From positions 57,908 to 121,907 of the forward strand of contig NZ_SPHO01000015.1 in the NCBI RefSeq assembly GCF_005845215.1: a DNA stretch of 64,000 bases, given 5' to 3'. The position numbers were made by a program, and so were the translations under genes. Below are positions 62,389 to 64,000 of this stretch, one piece after another. Within the stretch, counting starts at the first letter, position 1, and each line of letters starts with the position of its first letter. Source of the stretch: Clostridium sp. 1001271st1 H5. Its GTDB lineage: Bacteria > Bacillota > Clostridia > Lachnospirales > Lachnospiraceae. The notes beneath the pieces are model-generated. The model was not told the DNA's origin. It worked only from the letters and a program-made list of their open reading frames with translations, and did not search any database.

Positions 62389-63158
62389 TACAACTCTTCT
62401 CCTCTGCTCATAACTTCTGCCGCAAGCATTCTATAGCTCTCAGCCCCCGTTGACCTTGAATCGTAAAGATTAATAGACATGCCATGACTGGGTGCCTCAG
62501 CCAGGCGTACATTTCTTGGTATAATGGTTTTATATATTGTTCTGTTTAAGCTGCTTTTAACACTTTCCACTACTTCCAGTGACAGATTTGTCCTTGCATC
62601 GTACATGGTAAATACCACGCCTTCTAATTCCAACTCCGGATTCAGTTTTCTCTTAACCAAATCCACAGTTTTTAACACCTGATTGAGTCCCTCCAAAGCA
62701 TAATACTCACACTGTATAGGAACCAGTACGGTATCTGCGGCCGTCAGTGCATTTATAGTCAGTATATTTAGAGATGGGGGACAATCAATGATGATAAAAT
62801 CGTATGTATCTCGAACTTGATTCAGATAGCTGCTCAGAAGCTTTTCCTTATTCTCGACTTCCTGAAATTCAATCTCTGCTCCTGCCAGATTCATATCGGA
62901 AGGAAGCACGTCCAGATTTGGCTGTATTTCCTTAATAATGCATTCATCCACAGATGCCTCTTCAATCAGCATGTCGTAAACAGTCCTATCAAAATCTTCC
63001 TGTTCCAGTCCCAGACCACTACTGGCATTTCCCTGGGGGTCAAAATCCACCAGCATAACATGTTGTCCTGCTTCAGCCAGACAGGCAGAAAGATTAATGG
63101 CTGTTGTCGTTTTACCAACCCCACCCTTCTGATTGGCTATTGTTATGATTCGTCCCAT
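62388..63158 (-). CDS. soj: Chromosome partitioning ATPase ParA/Soj
   Basis: MGRIITIANQKGGVGKTTTAINLSACLA and DFDPQGNASSGLG. Start trimmed to the Met of MGRIITIAN. Confidence 0.9.
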   Translation of the reverse strand: MGRIITIANQKGGVGKTTTAINLSACLAEAGQHVMLVDFDPQGNASSGLGLEQEDFDRTVYDMLIEEASVDECIIKEIQPNLDVLPSDMNLAGAEIEFQEVENKEKLLSSYLNQVRDTYDFIIIDCPPSLNILTINALTAADTVLVPIQCEYYALEGLNQVLKTVDLVKRKLNPELELEGVVFTMYDARTNLSLEVVESVKSSLNRTIYKTIIPRNVRLAEAPSHGMSINLYDSRSTGAESYRMLAAEVMSRGEEL

Positions 63159-63451
63159 ATGTATAAATTCCTTTCTCGAAAAAAACAAACTTTTCTTCGA
63201 TTACTTTTACGATTATAACACAAGTCCTATGCTTTTCCTACGGGAAATTAGGAGAAAAAAAGAATTTTCATGTTTTATACAAAAAAATGTTTCACGTGAA
63301 ACATTTTTAATGCAGAAAAGTGGCATCCTAATCCTACCCTGTCTTAATAATAATTTAATTCTCTAACCGTTGTAATAGCCCCCAGCTTGTATTATAATGG
63401 AGAAGAATCAAAAAACCGGCTATATAATATGTAATTTCAGGAGACTATTGA

Positions 63452-64000
63452 ATGAAAACCAGGAATAAATTACTGACCTTACTTATACTGTCATCCGGAG
63501 CTGCTGCTGCTACTGCTCTGATTAACAAAGCTATAAAACTTTCGGCCACGTCCCGGAATGTACTGGAAGAACCAGAGGCACTGTGTTATAAATGGCGCTT
63601 AGGAAATATACATTATACTAAGGTAGGAACTGGTAAACCTATTCTGCTGGTACACGACCTGGCTCCTGCCTCCAGCGGATATGAATGGAAGAATCTGGTT
63701 GGAAAATTAGCAGAGACATATACAGTATACACCATCGACCTCCTTGGTTTTGGCCGTTCAGAGAAGCCGAATCTCACCTACACCAATTATCTGTATGTCC
63801 AGCTTCTCTCTGATTTTATAAAATCAGAGATTGGACACAGGACAGATATGATAGCCAGTGGTTCCTCAACCGCATTAGGTGTCATGGCCTGCAGCAATAG
63901 TCCTGAGCTCTTTAACCAGCTATTCTTTATAAACCCTGAGAGTCTTCTCTCCTGCAGTCAGGTGCCTGGAAGGAATGCAAAACTTTATAAGATTATATTA
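63452..64000 (+). CDS. Alpha/beta-hydrolase fold protein (N-terminal TM/signal anchor), 3'-truncated by the window end
   Basis: An ORF from ATG 63452 with an AGGAG RBS that is open to the window end. It has a G-x-S-x-G-like ASGSSTALG nucleophile elbow and an HGxxxxS-like LLVHDLAPASSGY. Confidence 0.55.
   Translation, partial: MKTRNKLLTLLILSSGAAAATALINKAIKLSATSRNVLEEPEALCYKWRLGNIHYTKVGTGKPILLVHDLAPASSGYEWKNLVGKLAETYTVYTIDLLGFGRSEKPNLTYTNYLYVQLLSDFIKSEIGHRTDMIASGSSTALGVMACSNSPELFNQLFFINPESLLSCSQVPGRNAKLYKIIL

Overview
This window looks like a chromosomal segment from a Gram-positive anaerobe of class Clostridia (Lachnospiraceae-like). The evidence is cotJABC spore-coat genes, clostridial-type gene content, Firmicutes-type RBS and rho-independent terminators. 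It is dense with housekeeping metabolism: icd, a TrpB2-like enzyme, metY, two glutamate dehydrogenases, an AraC and a LysR regulator, cspA, adhE, metK with a SAM-I riboswitch, murA, and an ECF transporter plus nucleoside-salvage operon under a GntR regulator. The right end carries the chromosomal soj-spo0J-DUF4446 partition locus, so oriC is probably just beyond the window.

Accessory or unusual parts:
- Bases 1-2180 look like the terminal part of an integrated element: a second ParA/ParB pair followed by a truncated tRNA 3' fragment with its native terminator (att-like).
- A PTS(galactitol-type)/PRD-regulator/class-II-aldolase/DUF1537 sugar-acid kinase catabolic cluster sits at 22.2-29.0 kb.
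- About 590 bp at 32.6-33.2 kb is ORF-free and GC-rich. It contains a tRNA-like D-arm plus T-arm module directly downstream of rtcB, which is divergently flanked by a tandem pair of WYL-domain regulators. This is a candidate uncharacterized RNA-repair/sensing module.
- A sodium-symporter gene at 19.4-20.7 kb is frameshifted.
- A long 27-bp tandem-repeat gene at 59.4-60.8 kb encodes a Pro/Gly-rich disordered protein.

All calls rest on reading the translations and sequence motifs by eye. No database search was run.
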